Shown here in pieces: positions 7,261-15,996 of a stretch of DNA of 31,799 nucleotides. The notes beneath the pieces were generated by a model. The model was given only the letters and a program-made list of their open reading frames with translations, ran no database searches and was not told the DNA's origin. The stretch is from Thermoproteaceae archaeon (GTDB lineage: Archaea > Thermoproteota > Thermoprotei > Thermoproteales > Thermoproteaceae). Location: positions 1 through 31,799 of the forward strand of contig JAJHRB010000009.1 of NCBI GenBank assembly GCA_020833025.1, in the 5' to 3' direction. Both the position numbers and the translations under genes were made by a program. Each line of letters opens with the position of its first letter. Positions within the stretch are counted from its first letter, which is position 1.

Positions 7261-8319
7261 TCAGTGCCTCACTAGTGCCTCAAATACCCTCTTCCTCCTC
7301 TCTACCGGCACTCCCTCCACAATCATGGCGGCCGCCCTAATTATGGCGAGAACCTCGGCCCGCATGTACTCGGCGAGCGCGGCCAGCGCCCCCAGCGAAA
7401 ACTCCGTGAACGTCGAGGCGTAAGTGTCGGCGAGCCTTCTCATGTACGCAGGGTATAGGTTGTCAAGGGTCACCGCAATATTCTCGAGCGTCGGCGCCTC
7501 GGCGACCAGCTCGACGAGAATCTTACCCCATGTTGTCGCCTCAGCCATCTCCAGGAATCGCGCTGGCGCCTCCTTTAGTGCGGCCAGCACGACAGGCGTC
7601 GGTGTGCCTATGAGTAGCTCGTTCAGCTCCTCGGCGCTGAGGCCCCATAGCCTTGCCCTGATCGCTATTAGCGCGTTGAGGTACTCTGTGACATCCGTGA
7701 GGAATTTGTGGATGCTTCTGTCAGCCCCTACTGGTACGCGGATGCTCCTGGGCATGTAGGTGTATAGATCCTCGAGCCACTGTCTGTCTATGAATATGTA
7801 GAGCTTGTCCTCGCCATATTTACCGGCGAGCTCGAACGCCTTGTGTGCTGGGTGGCCCATCTGCCGCAGCCTGTCCCCAATCTCAGAGATGCTCTTGCTG
7901 CCCAGTATGCCCGCAATTACGTGTCGCCTCCCCGTAAACTCGAGGGGCTCCCACAGCACAAAGTCCTCGGGGTTCTTGCCCGCCTTCACTGCGGCGGCGA
8001 CATTCCTGATGTTGTCGTACTCAAAATACTTGACCGAGGCGAGCACAACGGTCTTCGCCTCGGCGTCTCCCGACAAAAATAGGAAGAGCGATTTCAGCCT
8101 CTCCAGGTATATCTTCACAAGCTCTCTTCTCAGCTCGTTGAGAGTCTCTCTCGTTAGCTTGTCTACCGTGACGGCGTACTCCGTCGTCTTCAGCACATTC
8201 AGGAACTCATCGGGCGTGCTCGCGTACGCCAGCGCGAGGAGCTTGTCACGCGGTATCTCCCTTGCTCTGAGCCCCCGGACCTTTGGGCCTAAATACGGCC
8301 TCCTGAGTACCGTGCTCAT
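7261..8319 (-). CDS. atpC: A/V-type ATP synthase subunit C
   Basis: YLGPKVRGLRA...LKTTEY...YFEYDNIRNV pattern of AtpC; located in the ATPase cluster. Confidence 0.85.
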   Translation of the reverse strand: MSTVLRRPYLGPKVRGLRAREIPRDKLLALAYASTPDEFLNVLKTTEYAVTVDKLTRETLNELRRELVKIYLERLKSLFLFLSGDAEAKTVVLASVKYFEYDNIRNVAAAVKAGKNPEDFVLWEPLEFTGRRHVIAGILGSKSISEIGDRLRQMGHPAHKAFELAGKYGEDKLYIFIDRQWLEDLYTYMPRSIRVPVGADRSIHKFLTDVTEYLNALIAIRARLWGLSAEELNELLIGTPTPVVLAALKEAPARFLEMAEATTWGKILVELVAEAPTLENIAVTLDNLYPAYMRRLADTYASTFTEFSLGALAALAEYMRAEVLAIIRAAAMIVEGVPVERRKRVFEALVRH

Positions 8320-8633
8320 ATACCGAGAATCTCCAGGGCCCTCCGCACCAGTGCTTGCTTCCTCTCTCGATACATCGCGAGGAGCCTATTCCTCCGCTCC
8401 TCAGCCTCCTGCACTACTCTCTCCGCGCTCTTTCTCGCCTCCTCGATAACCCTGCCTCTGTACTCCTCGATTGCCCTATTGATGATCTCCTCGGCCTTCT
8501 TTGTTACTTGCCTGGCGTAGTTGCTCACAATCTGGTCGACGCGGGACATTACACTCGCTTTAAGCTCGTCTGCGCTCTTGATCACCCTGTCAATTTCCTC
8601 GAGCTTCTTCAGTATCTCGTCGATTCTGAACAT
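8316..8633 (-). CDS. A/V-type ATP synthase peripheral-stalk subunit H/G-like
   Basis: 105-aa E/K/R-rich helix (EEARKSAERVVQEAEERR); 4-nt overlap with atpC; CTTATAAAG box 20 nt upstream. Confidence 0.7.
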   Translation of the reverse strand: MFRIDEILKKLEEIDRVIKSADELKASVMSRVDQIVSNYARQVTKKAEEIINRAIEEYRGRVIEEARKSAERVVQEAEERRNRLLAMYRERKQALVRRALEILGI

Positions 8634-8662
8634 ATAAGGCCCTGCAGCCGGACCTTTATAAG

Positions 8663-8712
8663 TTGATGACTCCAGGACTTGCCGAGCGCGTGACGAGACT
8701 TCTCGCGGCTGA
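8663..8712 (+). ncRNA. box C/D sRNA
   Basis: TTGATGA-CTCCAGGACTTG-CCGA-GCGC-GTGACGA-GACTTCTCGCGG-CTGA; TATAAG at 8633-8638 upstream. Confidence 0.85.
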
Positions 8713-8719
8713 AGTGCTG

Positions 8720-8769
8720 TCGGGCGCGCGGAAGTTTCATCACAGTCAGCCCGTCCCCGTTTACCTCAC
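8720..8769 (-). ncRNA. box C/D sRNA (variant C box)
   Basis: Minus strand: GTGAGGT-AAACGGGGACGGG-CTGA-CT-GTGATGA-AACTTCCGCGCGC-CCGA; TTTATTAA about 20 nt upstream. Confidence 0.7.
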
Positions 8770-8824
8770 CTACTGCACATGACGTGCCGAACTCCTTAAT
8801 AAAGCTGCGCAGCACTAGAGCACA

Positions 8825-9655
8825 ATGTCTCTTCAGGCTGAGCAGGTTATCTTCGCGCTGCTAGTATTAATCATAGTCTTAATAGTAGTTGTAATACTGT
8901 CATACTCAATCAGAATCATACCGGAGTACCAGCGGGCCGTTAAATTCAGGCTCGGGCGCGCTGTGGGAGTCGTGGGCCCGGGAGTTGTCTCTGTGATCCC
9001 ATTGATAGAGAATATCATCAAGTACGACTTGAGGGTCGAGGTGGTCGACGTGCCCGCTCAGCGCGCACTGACAAGAGATAACGTAGAGGTTACAATTGAC
9101 GCGGCGGTGTACCTCAGAGTAATGGATGCCCTCAAGACGGCGCTGACGGTGAAGAATCACATCCCTGCCGTATCTATATTTGCCGCCTCCACGCTTCGTG
9201 ACGTCGTGGGCATGGTGGACCTCGACACGCTTCTGGCCCACAGGGAGGAGATAGCCAAGAGGATTGCGGCCATAGTGGACGAGCACGTGACGCCGTGGGG
9301 CGTTAAGGTGACTGCAGTTGCGATTAAGGACATTAAGCTGCCCGACATCCTGCTCCGCGCAATGGCGAGCCAGGCCGAGGCCGAGAGGGTGAGGCGCGCG
9401 AAAATCACGCTGGCGTCGGCGGAGTACGAGGCGAGCAAGATTTACCTCGAGGCTGCGCAGCGCTACGCGCAAAATTCAGTTGCCGTTCAGCTGAGGATGA
9501 TAGACGCGCTGATAGAGATAGCGCGGGAGCGCAACCTCGTCATAATCACGCCGCCAACTCTCGAGTTCGTCGCGCTGCCAGCCGCGCTTGCCAGGCAGCG
9601 CGGGCAGGAGGGAGGCGCCGAGGGCGGCGGGGAGGGAGGCAGAGCGGGTGCATGA
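8825..9655 (+). CDS. SPFH/band 7 (stomatin-like) protein
   Basis: N-terminal TM helix, IPEYQRAVKFRLGR, VDVPAQRALTRDNV, AMASQAEAER. Confidence 0.95.
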   Translation: MSLQAEQVIFALLVLIIVLIVVVILSYSIRIIPEYQRAVKFRLGRAVGVVGPGVVSVIPLIENIIKYDLRVEVVDVPAQRALTRDNVEVTIDAAVYLRVMDALKTALTVKNHIPAVSIFAASTLRDVVGMVDLDTLLAHREEIAKRIAAIVDEHVTPWGVKVTAVAIKDIKLPDILLRAMASQAEAERVRRAKITLASAEYEASKIYLEAAQRYAQNSVAVQLRMIDALIEIARERNLVIITPPTLEFVALPAALARQRGQEGGAEGGGEGGRAGA

Positions 9656-10956
9656 GACGCGCTCTCCTACTGGCGCTTTTGGTGTCGGCTCTCGCCACTG
9701 CGGCGTACACCGCTAGTGACGTCTTTGTCGTTGAGGTGAGCGGCGTCGTGGGGTACCACACGCTGTCCCAGATAAACAGGGCCATCTCAATGGCAGGACA
9801 GAGCGGGGGTCTGGTTCTGTTGCTCCTCTCGACGCCCGGCGGTCTTGCCAGCGCGACGCTTGATATAATGAAGAGCATCGGCAACTCTCCTGTGCCTGTA
9901 GTGGGATACGTCTACCCAGACTACAGCTACGCGTGGTCCGCGGGGACGTACATTCTGATGTCGACGCACATAGCGGCCATGGCGCCGCACACCGTGATAG
10001 GGTCTTGCCAGCCCGTCGCGGGGGAGAGACCGGTCAACGAGTCTAAGGTCATCAACGCGCTAATAGCGTATCTGGAGGTCGTGGCGAGGTCGTACGGCAG
10101 GAACGCGTCATTCGCGAGGCACTGCATTGCCTACAATCTGAACCTGGGGGCGGACGAGGCGTTAAAGTACAGGGTAATAGACGTCATTGCCGCGGACGTG
10201 AGCGACTTGTTGCGCAGGATCAACGGCAGCGACATAGTGCTGGGGGGCGAGAGAGCGCGCCTTATGGTCTTGAGGCCATCTCTGCACAGGGTGGAGCCCT
10301 CGATTGGCGAGCTGCTTCAGCACGCGCTCGGCGACCCGGTGCTGTCGAGCGCCCTCTACACGCTTGCCTTCTTGCTTCTGCTCGCGGCGTTCATAACGGG
10401 GCACCCCGCGGCAGCCGCCGCGGCCATCCTCATGCTGTTATTCGCAATGCTGCCCATGATGCCGACCGCGTGGCTCTGGGCCGTCCTCGCCATAGCCGGC
10501 GCGATACTCATGGCGGCGGAGGCGCTGGCCGGCATGCCGGCCCACGGAGCGCTGATGGCAGCAGGCGCAGCCTTAGTGCTCGCAGGACTAGTCTCCGCAT
10601 ACCCGGCCAGCGCCTTCAGTGGAGAGCTGATACGCGTGAGGGACTGGTGGCTCGTGCAGCTGGGGCTCTATGCCAATGTCGCAGTCGTGACGGGATTTCT
10701 AGCGCTAGTGCTGTACAAGGCTGTCTCAGCGCACAGGAGAAGGCCCGCGTCAGAGCTGCTGGTCAACCTCAGGGGGGCAGAGGGAGTCGCTGCTGATGAC
10801 ATAGCGCCCGGCTCTCCCGGCTTTGTAATTGTGCTGGGCGAGTACTGGAGAGCAGTATCGGATGTGAGCATACGGCGGGGTTGTAGGGTTAGGGTCGTGG
10901 ACGTGTACGGCAGCGTGCTAAAGGTGGAGCCCATTGAGCGCGCTCCCGCCAGCTAG
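9652..10956 (+). CDS. nfeD: NfeD/STOPP membrane-bound serine protease
   Basis: STPGG, AWSAGTYILM (Ser) and ESKVINA (Lys) dyad motifs, TM bundle and C-terminal OB fold (GEYWRAVS); 4-nt overlap with the SPFH gene. Confidence 0.92.
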   Translation: MRRALLLALLVSALATAAYTASDVFVVEVSGVVGYHTLSQINRAISMAGQSGGLVLLLLSTPGGLASATLDIMKSIGNSPVPVVGYVYPDYSYAWSAGTYILMSTHIAAMAPHTVIGSCQPVAGERPVNESKVINALIAYLEVVARSYGRNASFARHCIAYNLNLGADEALKYRVIDVIAADVSDLLRRINGSDIVLGGERARLMVLRPSLHRVEPSIGELLQHALGDPVLSSALYTLAFLLLLAAFITGHPAAAAAAILMLLFAMLPMMPTAWLWAVLAIAGAILMAAEALAGMPAHGALMAAGAALVLAGLVSAYPASAFSGELIRVRDWWLVQLGLYANVAVVTGFLALVLYKAVSAHRRRPASELLVNLRGAEGVAADDIAPGSPGFVIVLGEYWRAVSDVSIRRGCRVRVVDVYGSVLKVEPIERAPAS

Positions 10957-11035
10957 CTGCAGCACGCGGCCTAAAACTCTTGGCGCGCGGGATCCCCCGA
11001 GATAAATTGAAATTCTCACAGCCCCGGAGAATTTA

Positions 11036-11209
11036 ATGTTTGTGTACCTGGCCGCAGCTTACGGCGTGTTTCTGGCAGTGCTCGGCTCCGTTAGCGGGGA
11101 GCTGGAGCTCGTCGCGTGCGGCACGGCAATGATCGCGGTGAGCGTTTTGCAGGCAATCGGGAGGGCGGTGACGAGGGCCCGCGCCAGAAGGATGCAGGCT
11201 GCCGGCTAG
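11036..11209 (+). CDS. 57-aa two-helix membrane microprotein
   Basis: Hand-translated MFVYLAAAYGVFLAVLGSVSGELELVACGTAMIAVSVLQAIGRAVTRARARRMQAAG*; AT-rich box at 11001-11014. Confidence 0.6.
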   Translation: MFVYLAAAYGVFLAVLGSVSGELELVACGTAMIAVSVLQAIGRAVTRARARRMQAAG

Positions 11210-11305
11210 GGGCCGCATTGACGCCTGTAGAGGCTCGGGGAGCGCAGTATTGCCGCTTAACTTCGGCAGGGCCAGCTTTTTAAGTGGGCGCGCTGCGCAC
11301 TCCCG

Positions 11306-11352
11306 GTGACGAGCTAAGGGTCTTCTGAGCCATGAGGAGGATTCCAAGCTGA
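11306..11352 (+). ncRNA. box C/D sRNA
   Basis: GTGACGA-GCTAAGGGTCTT-CTGA-GCC-ATGAGGA-GGATTCCAAG-CTGA; TTTTTAAG about 23 nt upstream. Confidence 0.85.
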
Positions 11353-11405
11353 CGCTGCCGCTCATTTCGGTCGCCAAGTTTAAATCCGGCGGGGGGCAGA
11401 AGTAC

Positions 11406-11876
11406 ATGTACCTTCAGGTCCTTGAGACTGCGGCGCTCGCGGCCGCCGCTCTTGCGCTCGCGCTTGTAATATTCTTAGTCTCGAGAACTCCCAGGGTCCG
11501 TCAGTCAACGGCGCCGCGGGAGGGCGAGTACACGCCGGGCGAGCGCGAGATACTCGAACAGCTCGCCGAATTGAGAGAAAGAGTTGAAAGAATAATCCCG
11601 CCCTACGGGCGTGTTGGTTATGTGCCGCCGTCGCTGGAGGAAATTAGAGACCTGCTCGGCTTTACTTACATAAAACTCGGCAGTGAAGAAGTGGGAGACA
11701 GGCCACAGGGTCTGGAGAGATTCGAGGAATTGAACGCCGATTTTATTCAGGCGCGGACCGGCGACGTGTATGTCTATGTAGTGAGGCGCGGCGAGAAAAA
11801 GCTCGTGGCCGCCGGGCGTCAGTACCTTGACTATCTCACTGCCCGCTTTCTTTACGAGGCGCTTGACTACATCTAG
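11406..11876 (+). CDS. hypothetical protein with N-terminal TM helix
   Basis: Hydrophobic N-terminus then IIPPYGRVGYVPPS; TTTAAA 22 nt upstream. Confidence 0.75.
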   Translation: MYLQVLETAALAAAALALALVIFLVSRTPRVRQSTAPREGEYTPGEREILEQLAELRERVERIIPPYGRVGYVPPSLEEIRDLLGFTYIKLGSEEVGDRPQGLERFEELNADFIQARTGDVYVYVVRRGEKKLVAAGRQYLDYLTARFLYEALDYI

Positions 11877-12501
11877 CAGTCTCGGCCGTCAGGTCGCGCT
11901 CGTAGACCTCGCCCAGGGGAGCCCTCTCGCGGAACACCTGCGCCTCGTAAACGTACACCTTGGTGCCGGGTTCGAGCCAGCAGTCGCCCGGGAGCCACGC
12001 CTTAATGCACGCGTGCATGAGGAACTCCTCGGAGCTCCAGCACTCCTCGACCGCGACTTGCGGTAGTAGGAGGCCGGCGAAGGCGCCGCGCCTCACTACT
12101 ATGCCGTGGCGGCCCACTTGTACGACCTCAGGGTACCTCCTCGGGCTCTCTCTCAGCTCCGCGAGCGGGCTGAGGATGCTGACCTCAAATACCACGCTCG
12201 GGAGCTCGCCGAGGCTCAGCGGGGGGAAGCGCGGGTCCTGGCAGCACGCGCCGATCGCACTGTAAACCGTGGCGTAGACGGTGTTCCTGTAGCCCTCGGG
12301 GTACCCGATGCAGCCCCGCAGCTCGTACCTACTCCCCCTCATGGCCTCTATTGTCGTGAACACGCCGTAGTTATCGCTCAGGAGGCGCTGCGGGGCATCT
12401 CCCGGCACCTCAACTCTGCCCGTTCTGAGGTACGTCTCGACGGCAGAGCGGGCGAGTCTGACGAGATACGCCCCTTCCTCTATTGAGTAGGGTCTAAACA
12501 T
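11836..12501 (-). CDS. AMMECR1-domain protein
   Basis: GVFTTIE...ELRGCIGYPE...DPRFPPL...GLLLPQVAVE; start trimmed to MFRPYS at 12501. Confidence 0.93.
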   Translation of the reverse strand: MFRPYSIEEGAYLVRLARSAVETYLRTGRVEVPGDAPQRLLSDNYGVFTTIEAMRGSRYELRGCIGYPEGYRNTVYATVYSAIGACCQDPRFPPLSLGELPSVVFEVSILSPLAELRESPRRYPEVVQVGRHGIVVRRGAFAGLLLPQVAVEECWSSEEFLMHACIKAWLPGDCWLEPGTKVYVYEAQVFRERAPLGEVYERDLTAETARCSQAPRKESGQ

Positions 12502-12550
12502 TACAATGCACTGTAAGCGGCTTAATAAAGTGGTCCTGCCACCCGCCACC

Positions 12551-12778
12551 GTGCCGCGCTGCGCGGTCTGCGGGCGTGACGTGAACTTTAAGAGCGTGTC
12601 TTACATCAAGGAGGACGTGTTCGTGTGCAGAGAATGCTTCCCGCAGTACTACGTAAAGAATCTGTGCAGAGTTCTCGCCAGAAGACTGAGGGGGGAGAGC
12701 CCCCTAGCGTGCAACTTCTGCGCCTACAGGAAGCTGTGCGACGAGCACGTAACTAGGGTGTTTAAGGCAGTGTCCTAG
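12551..12778 (+). CDS. 75-aa Cys-rich Zn-finger protein
   Basis: CAVC...CREC...C...CNFC...CDEH; TTAATAAA at about 12521-12528 precedes GTG 12551. Confidence 0.75.
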   Translation: MPRCAVCGRDVNFKSVSYIKEDVFVCRECFPQYYVKNLCRVLARRLRGESPLACNFCAYRKLCDEHVTRVFKAVS

Positions 12779-13938
12779 CGCCTCCTCAGCAGCGCGATGA
12801 AAAAGCCTGGAGTGTCATGAACGTGCGGCAGGAATCTACGGCACTCGTTGCAGCCCCAGCCCGGCGCGCCGACGCCAAGCCCGGCGTCGAGAGGCTCTGC
12901 CCGGACGCGCTTTATCACACCCTCGTTCTCAATGAACGTGAGCGTGCACGTCGAGTACGCGACAACGGGGGCTATCTTAATTGCAACCCTCAGGAACTGC
13001 AGCTGGTATCTCGCGAGGGTTTTCGCCGCGTCGAGAGTCACCCTGTGGTAAATCTTCGGGCGCACGCCAATGTCTGTGCACGGGGGGTCCACGAGCGCCG
13101 CGCCGGCAGTGAGGCGTGAGAAGTCTCTGTCCACATACCTGCTGTCGTGGAGCAGTATGTCGACCATCTCCACTAGCCCGAGCCTCTCAACCTCGCGCTT
13201 GAGCTCCGCCATCTTTGGCGCGGACCTATCAAATGCCACTACTCTGTATCCCATTTGGGCCAGGTGAGTTGCTTTGCCTCCCGGCGCGGCGTTAAAGTCC
13301 ACAATAAGGGAGCCCGGCGGCACTCCCGCCATGCGCACTGCATGGCCGACGGCTATTGCGGGGAGACTCTGGCTGTAGATCATTCCTGCCTGGTACTCTG
13401 GCAGGTCTCTTATCCTCGGCGTTTTGTAGAGTGAGTGCAGAACTCTGATGTAAAGCCCTCTTCTGAGCTTCACGGCCTCCTCGCTGTCCATCGCGGCAAT
13501 TCCGTGCGCAACAACAACTCCACTCTCGGAGACCACGTTTACCTCCTCGCCCCGCCTCACGCAATCTGTCTTGACCACGCCCGGCGCGTATAGGTCAGCT
13601 CCGAGCATGACGCTCTCCGCAGCCCTCTTGTCGACCACCACGGCCTTCCGCGCGCTGGGTATGCGGAACGGGCCCCTGACGGGCATCCAGAGCGCGTCCT
13701 CGAAGTGCTCGTCTCTGTAGACCTCGAGACCCCTCGCGCTGAGTCTTTTCGCGAGCTCTCCCGGCGAGATCTTCACCGTGTTGACCCTCACGTAGTAACG
13801 AGAGGGGGGCTTGACAATGGCGCGGAACATGGCGTCTATTTCCGAGTCCGGCATGTACTCGAGCAAGTGCGCGTAGAGCGCGCGGTCTATCTCCACGCCG
13901 TAGAAATTCACCCAGCCGCCCTGACCTCCGGACGTCAC
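12775..13938 (-). CDS. RsmB/NOP2/Sun m5C RNA methyltransferase with PUA domain (NSUN6-like)
   Basis: PUA (AAESVMLGADLYAPGV), AAPGGK motif I, DPPC motif IV, YSTCT motif VI. Confidence 0.9.
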   Translation of the reverse strand: MTSGGQGGWVNFYGVEIDRALYAHLLEYMPDSEIDAMFRAIVKPPSRYYVRVNTVKISPGELAKRLSARGLEVYRDEHFEDALWMPVRGPFRIPSARKAVVVDKRAAESVMLGADLYAPGVVKTDCVRRGEEVNVVSESGVVVAHGIAAMDSEEAVKLRRGLYIRVLHSLYKTPRIRDLPEYQAGMIYSQSLPAIAVGHAVRMAGVPPGSLIVDFNAAPGGKATHLAQMGYRVVAFDRSAPKMAELKREVERLGLVEMVDILLHDSRYVDRDFSRLTAGAALVDPPCTDIGVRPKIYHRVTLDAAKTLARYQLQFLRVAIKIAPVVAYSTCTLTFIENEGVIKRVRAEPLDAGLGVGAPGWGCNECRRFLPHVHDTPGFFIALLRRR

Positions 13939-15068
13939 AGCGCCCCCACTCTCTCGAGAAGCCTCTGCAAGCTCCTGTGAAGGGGCTGGAGCGCAATGCC
14001 GCGCTCGGTGATTATGCCGGTCACGTACTTCGGGGGCACGACGTCGAAGACGGGATTGTACGCAGCCACGTCTCTCAGCGTGACGTACAGCCTGCCGCGC
14101 TCTGTCATTGCCGTGCGCACCTCATCCGGGTCCCTCTCCTCTACGACCACGTCAGCTGCCCTGCTCCGAGCGTCTATTGTGCTCGTCGGGGCCGCCACGT
14201 AAAACGGAATCGCGAACTCGTGCGCCAGCACTGCCTCGTTAAGCGTGCCTATCTTGTTGAACACGTGGCCGTCGAGAAGAATTCTGTCCGCGCCGACTAT
14301 AACTGCGCTCACCATCCGCCTGTACATGACAAAGCCAACGGCCGTGTCTGCCACGAGCGTGGCGGGGACGCCGTTTACGGCCAGCTCGTACACCGTGAGC
14401 CTGGCGCCCTGCTGCCACGGCCTCGTCTCGGGCACTATAACGCTTACGCGCTTGCCGAGCAGTCTGGCAACGTAAATTGGCGCAGTCGCCGTGCCAAGGC
14501 CTGTTCCTGTCGCCAGCCCGCCTGCATTGCATATTGTCAGGATAGTGTCGCCGTCCTCGAGGAGCTCGGCCCCGTACACGCCAATCCTCACCTCTGCCTC
14601 GAGCTCCTCCTCGAAGATTTTCCTCGCCTCCTCTTCGAGACCCTCTTTCAGCTCCCCGACGTGTGACGTCCGCGACGCCAGCTCGAGCGCCCTGCTGTAC
14701 ATGCGGTCCAGCGACCAGAAGAGGTTGACGGCAGTGGGTCTGGTTCTCGACAGAACCTCTCGCGTGCCCTTGAGCGCGTCGAGAGCCTCGCTCACGCTCT
14801 TGACGTCTCTCTCGACGAGCGCGAGCACCATGCCGAAGGCGGCAGCTATGCCTATTGCCGGAGCCCCGCGGACGACCATATTGCGGATGGCGTCGGCCAC
14901 GTCGCTGACAGTTTTCGCCTCCACGTATCTGGTCTCGAACGGGAGGAGTCTCTGGTCAAGAAGTATCAGCCTGTCACCCTGCCACTTTATCGGTATGACT
15001 CTCGGCCTGAACTCCTGCTTTATGCTCTCCACCAGCTTCTGCACGCTCGGCGCAGCCGCGCCGGTCAT
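13935..15068 (-). CDS. mtnA: methylthioribose-1-phosphate isomerase (eIF2B-alpha-like family)
   Basis: MVVRGAPAIG, TRPTAVNL, TICNAGGLAT, ETRPWQQGARLT, NKIGT. Confidence 0.88.
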   Translation of the reverse strand: MTGAAAPSVQKLVESIKQEFRPRVIPIKWQGDRLILLDQRLLPFETRYVEAKTVSDVADAIRNMVVRGAPAIGIAAAFGMVLALVERDVKSVSEALDALKGTREVLSRTRPTAVNLFWSLDRMYSRALELASRTSHVGELKEGLEEEARKIFEEELEAEVRIGVYGAELLEDGDTILTICNAGGLATGTGLGTATAPIYVARLLGKRVSVIVPETRPWQQGARLTVYELAVNGVPATLVADTAVGFVMYRRMVSAVIVGADRILLDGHVFNKIGTLNEAVLAHEFAIPFYVAAPTSTIDARSRAADVVVEERDPDEVRTAMTERGRLYVTLRDVAAYNPVFDVVPPKYVTGIITERGIALQPLHRSLQRLLERVGAL

Positions 15069-15678
15069 TTAATGCTTTGGTCGCGCCCTCCAGGTTGAGA
15101 GCCCGGCCGCAGAGCACGGGCATTAGCCTCGCCAGCCTCGCGGCTGAGGCAAGCAGCTCGTAACTCCTGGCCTCCCGCGGCAGTTTGCTGAATAGTTCCT
15201 CGCAGTTTAGCCTCTCGCAGAGGCACTGCGCGTCAGGACAGCCCTCAATCGCCTCTAGCTCTTTATCGCCAAGGTTGGCCATCACGGCTGCCAGCGTGGC
15301 GAGAAACCGCGCGAGGGAATTCGCGAGCGCCGCGTAAAGGTCATCTATTGACAAGAAGACGTAGTCGGGGAGCAAGATGACCTCCACGCCGAGCTCTCTG
15401 GCGAGCTGGCGGGCCCCCTCGTCCGCGTAGCCGCGCGCTATGACGAGAGGCTTGGCGCCCAGCAGCTTGGCGTTCACGTATGCCTGCCTCACTCCAGCAA
15501 TGTCCACCCTCCCCGCCTTTACCTCTACTGCGTAGGCCTCTCCCCTTTCGTTAACTGCGAGTATGTCAACCTCGCCGACCTCGACTCCGTTGCGGTACAC
15601 TTTATGCCGCACTGCCCTCGGGTACAGCCCGAGGGCAGGCAGCAAGTCAACCACGTAGCGCTCAAACCTCGCACCCAT
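14974..15678 (-). CDS. YraN/RecB-like PD-(D/E)XK nuclease
   Basis: GARFERYV...GEVDILA...AVEVKAG...QAY; TTTTTAAT 20 nt upstream. Confidence 0.75.
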   Translation of the reverse strand: MGARFERYVVDLLPALGLYPRAVRHKVYRNGVEVGEVDILAVNERGEAYAVEVKAGRVDIAGVRQAYVNAKLLGAKPLVIARGYADEGARQLARELGVEVILLPDYVFLSIDDLYAALANSLARFLATLAAVMANLGDKELEAIEGCPDAQCLCERLNCEELFSKLPREARSYELLASAARLARLMPVLCGRALNLEGATKALNDRRGCAERAEAGGEHKAGVQAESHTDKVAG

Positions 15679-15711
15679 GCCGGGCGCACGGCATGAGATT
15701 AAAAATGCCGG

Positions 15712-15996
15712 CTACCGGCGGCACGCGCCCGGCTCCAGTACCGCATCTGCCGCGATTAGCGCCCTCACCAGCGACTCAACAATCTCTCCGCCTCCAAGTC
15801 TGACTAGCCTCACGCGGCCGACCCTTCTCTCTTCGACTAGCCCGTACTGCACGAGCACTTGCAGGCTCTGCAGCAGCCTGCCGTAGTTCGTCTTAAGGCT
15901 CCTTGCGAGCTCGGACGCGCAGGCCTCGCCCATGCTCCAGAGCGCCAGCAGTATGCGTATTCTCAGCGGCGACCCGAGGACTCTCTCCACGACCAT
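15712..15996 (-). CDS. ArsR-type wHTH protein (94 aa)
   Basis: LGSPLRIRILLAL...CASELARSL...LQVLVQYGLVEERRVGRVRLVRL; ATG overlaps the cdc6 TGA (TGATG). Confidence 0.8.
   Translation of the reverse strand: MVVERVLGSPLRIRILLALWSMGEACASELARSLKTNYGRLLQSLQVLVQYGLVEERRVGRVRLVRLGGGEIVESLVRALIAADAVLEPGACRR

Noticed and set aside
11968-11978. GGGTTCGAGCC resembling a tRNA T-arm
   Set aside because: It lies inside the AMMECR1 CDS with no acceptor, D or anticodon arms.
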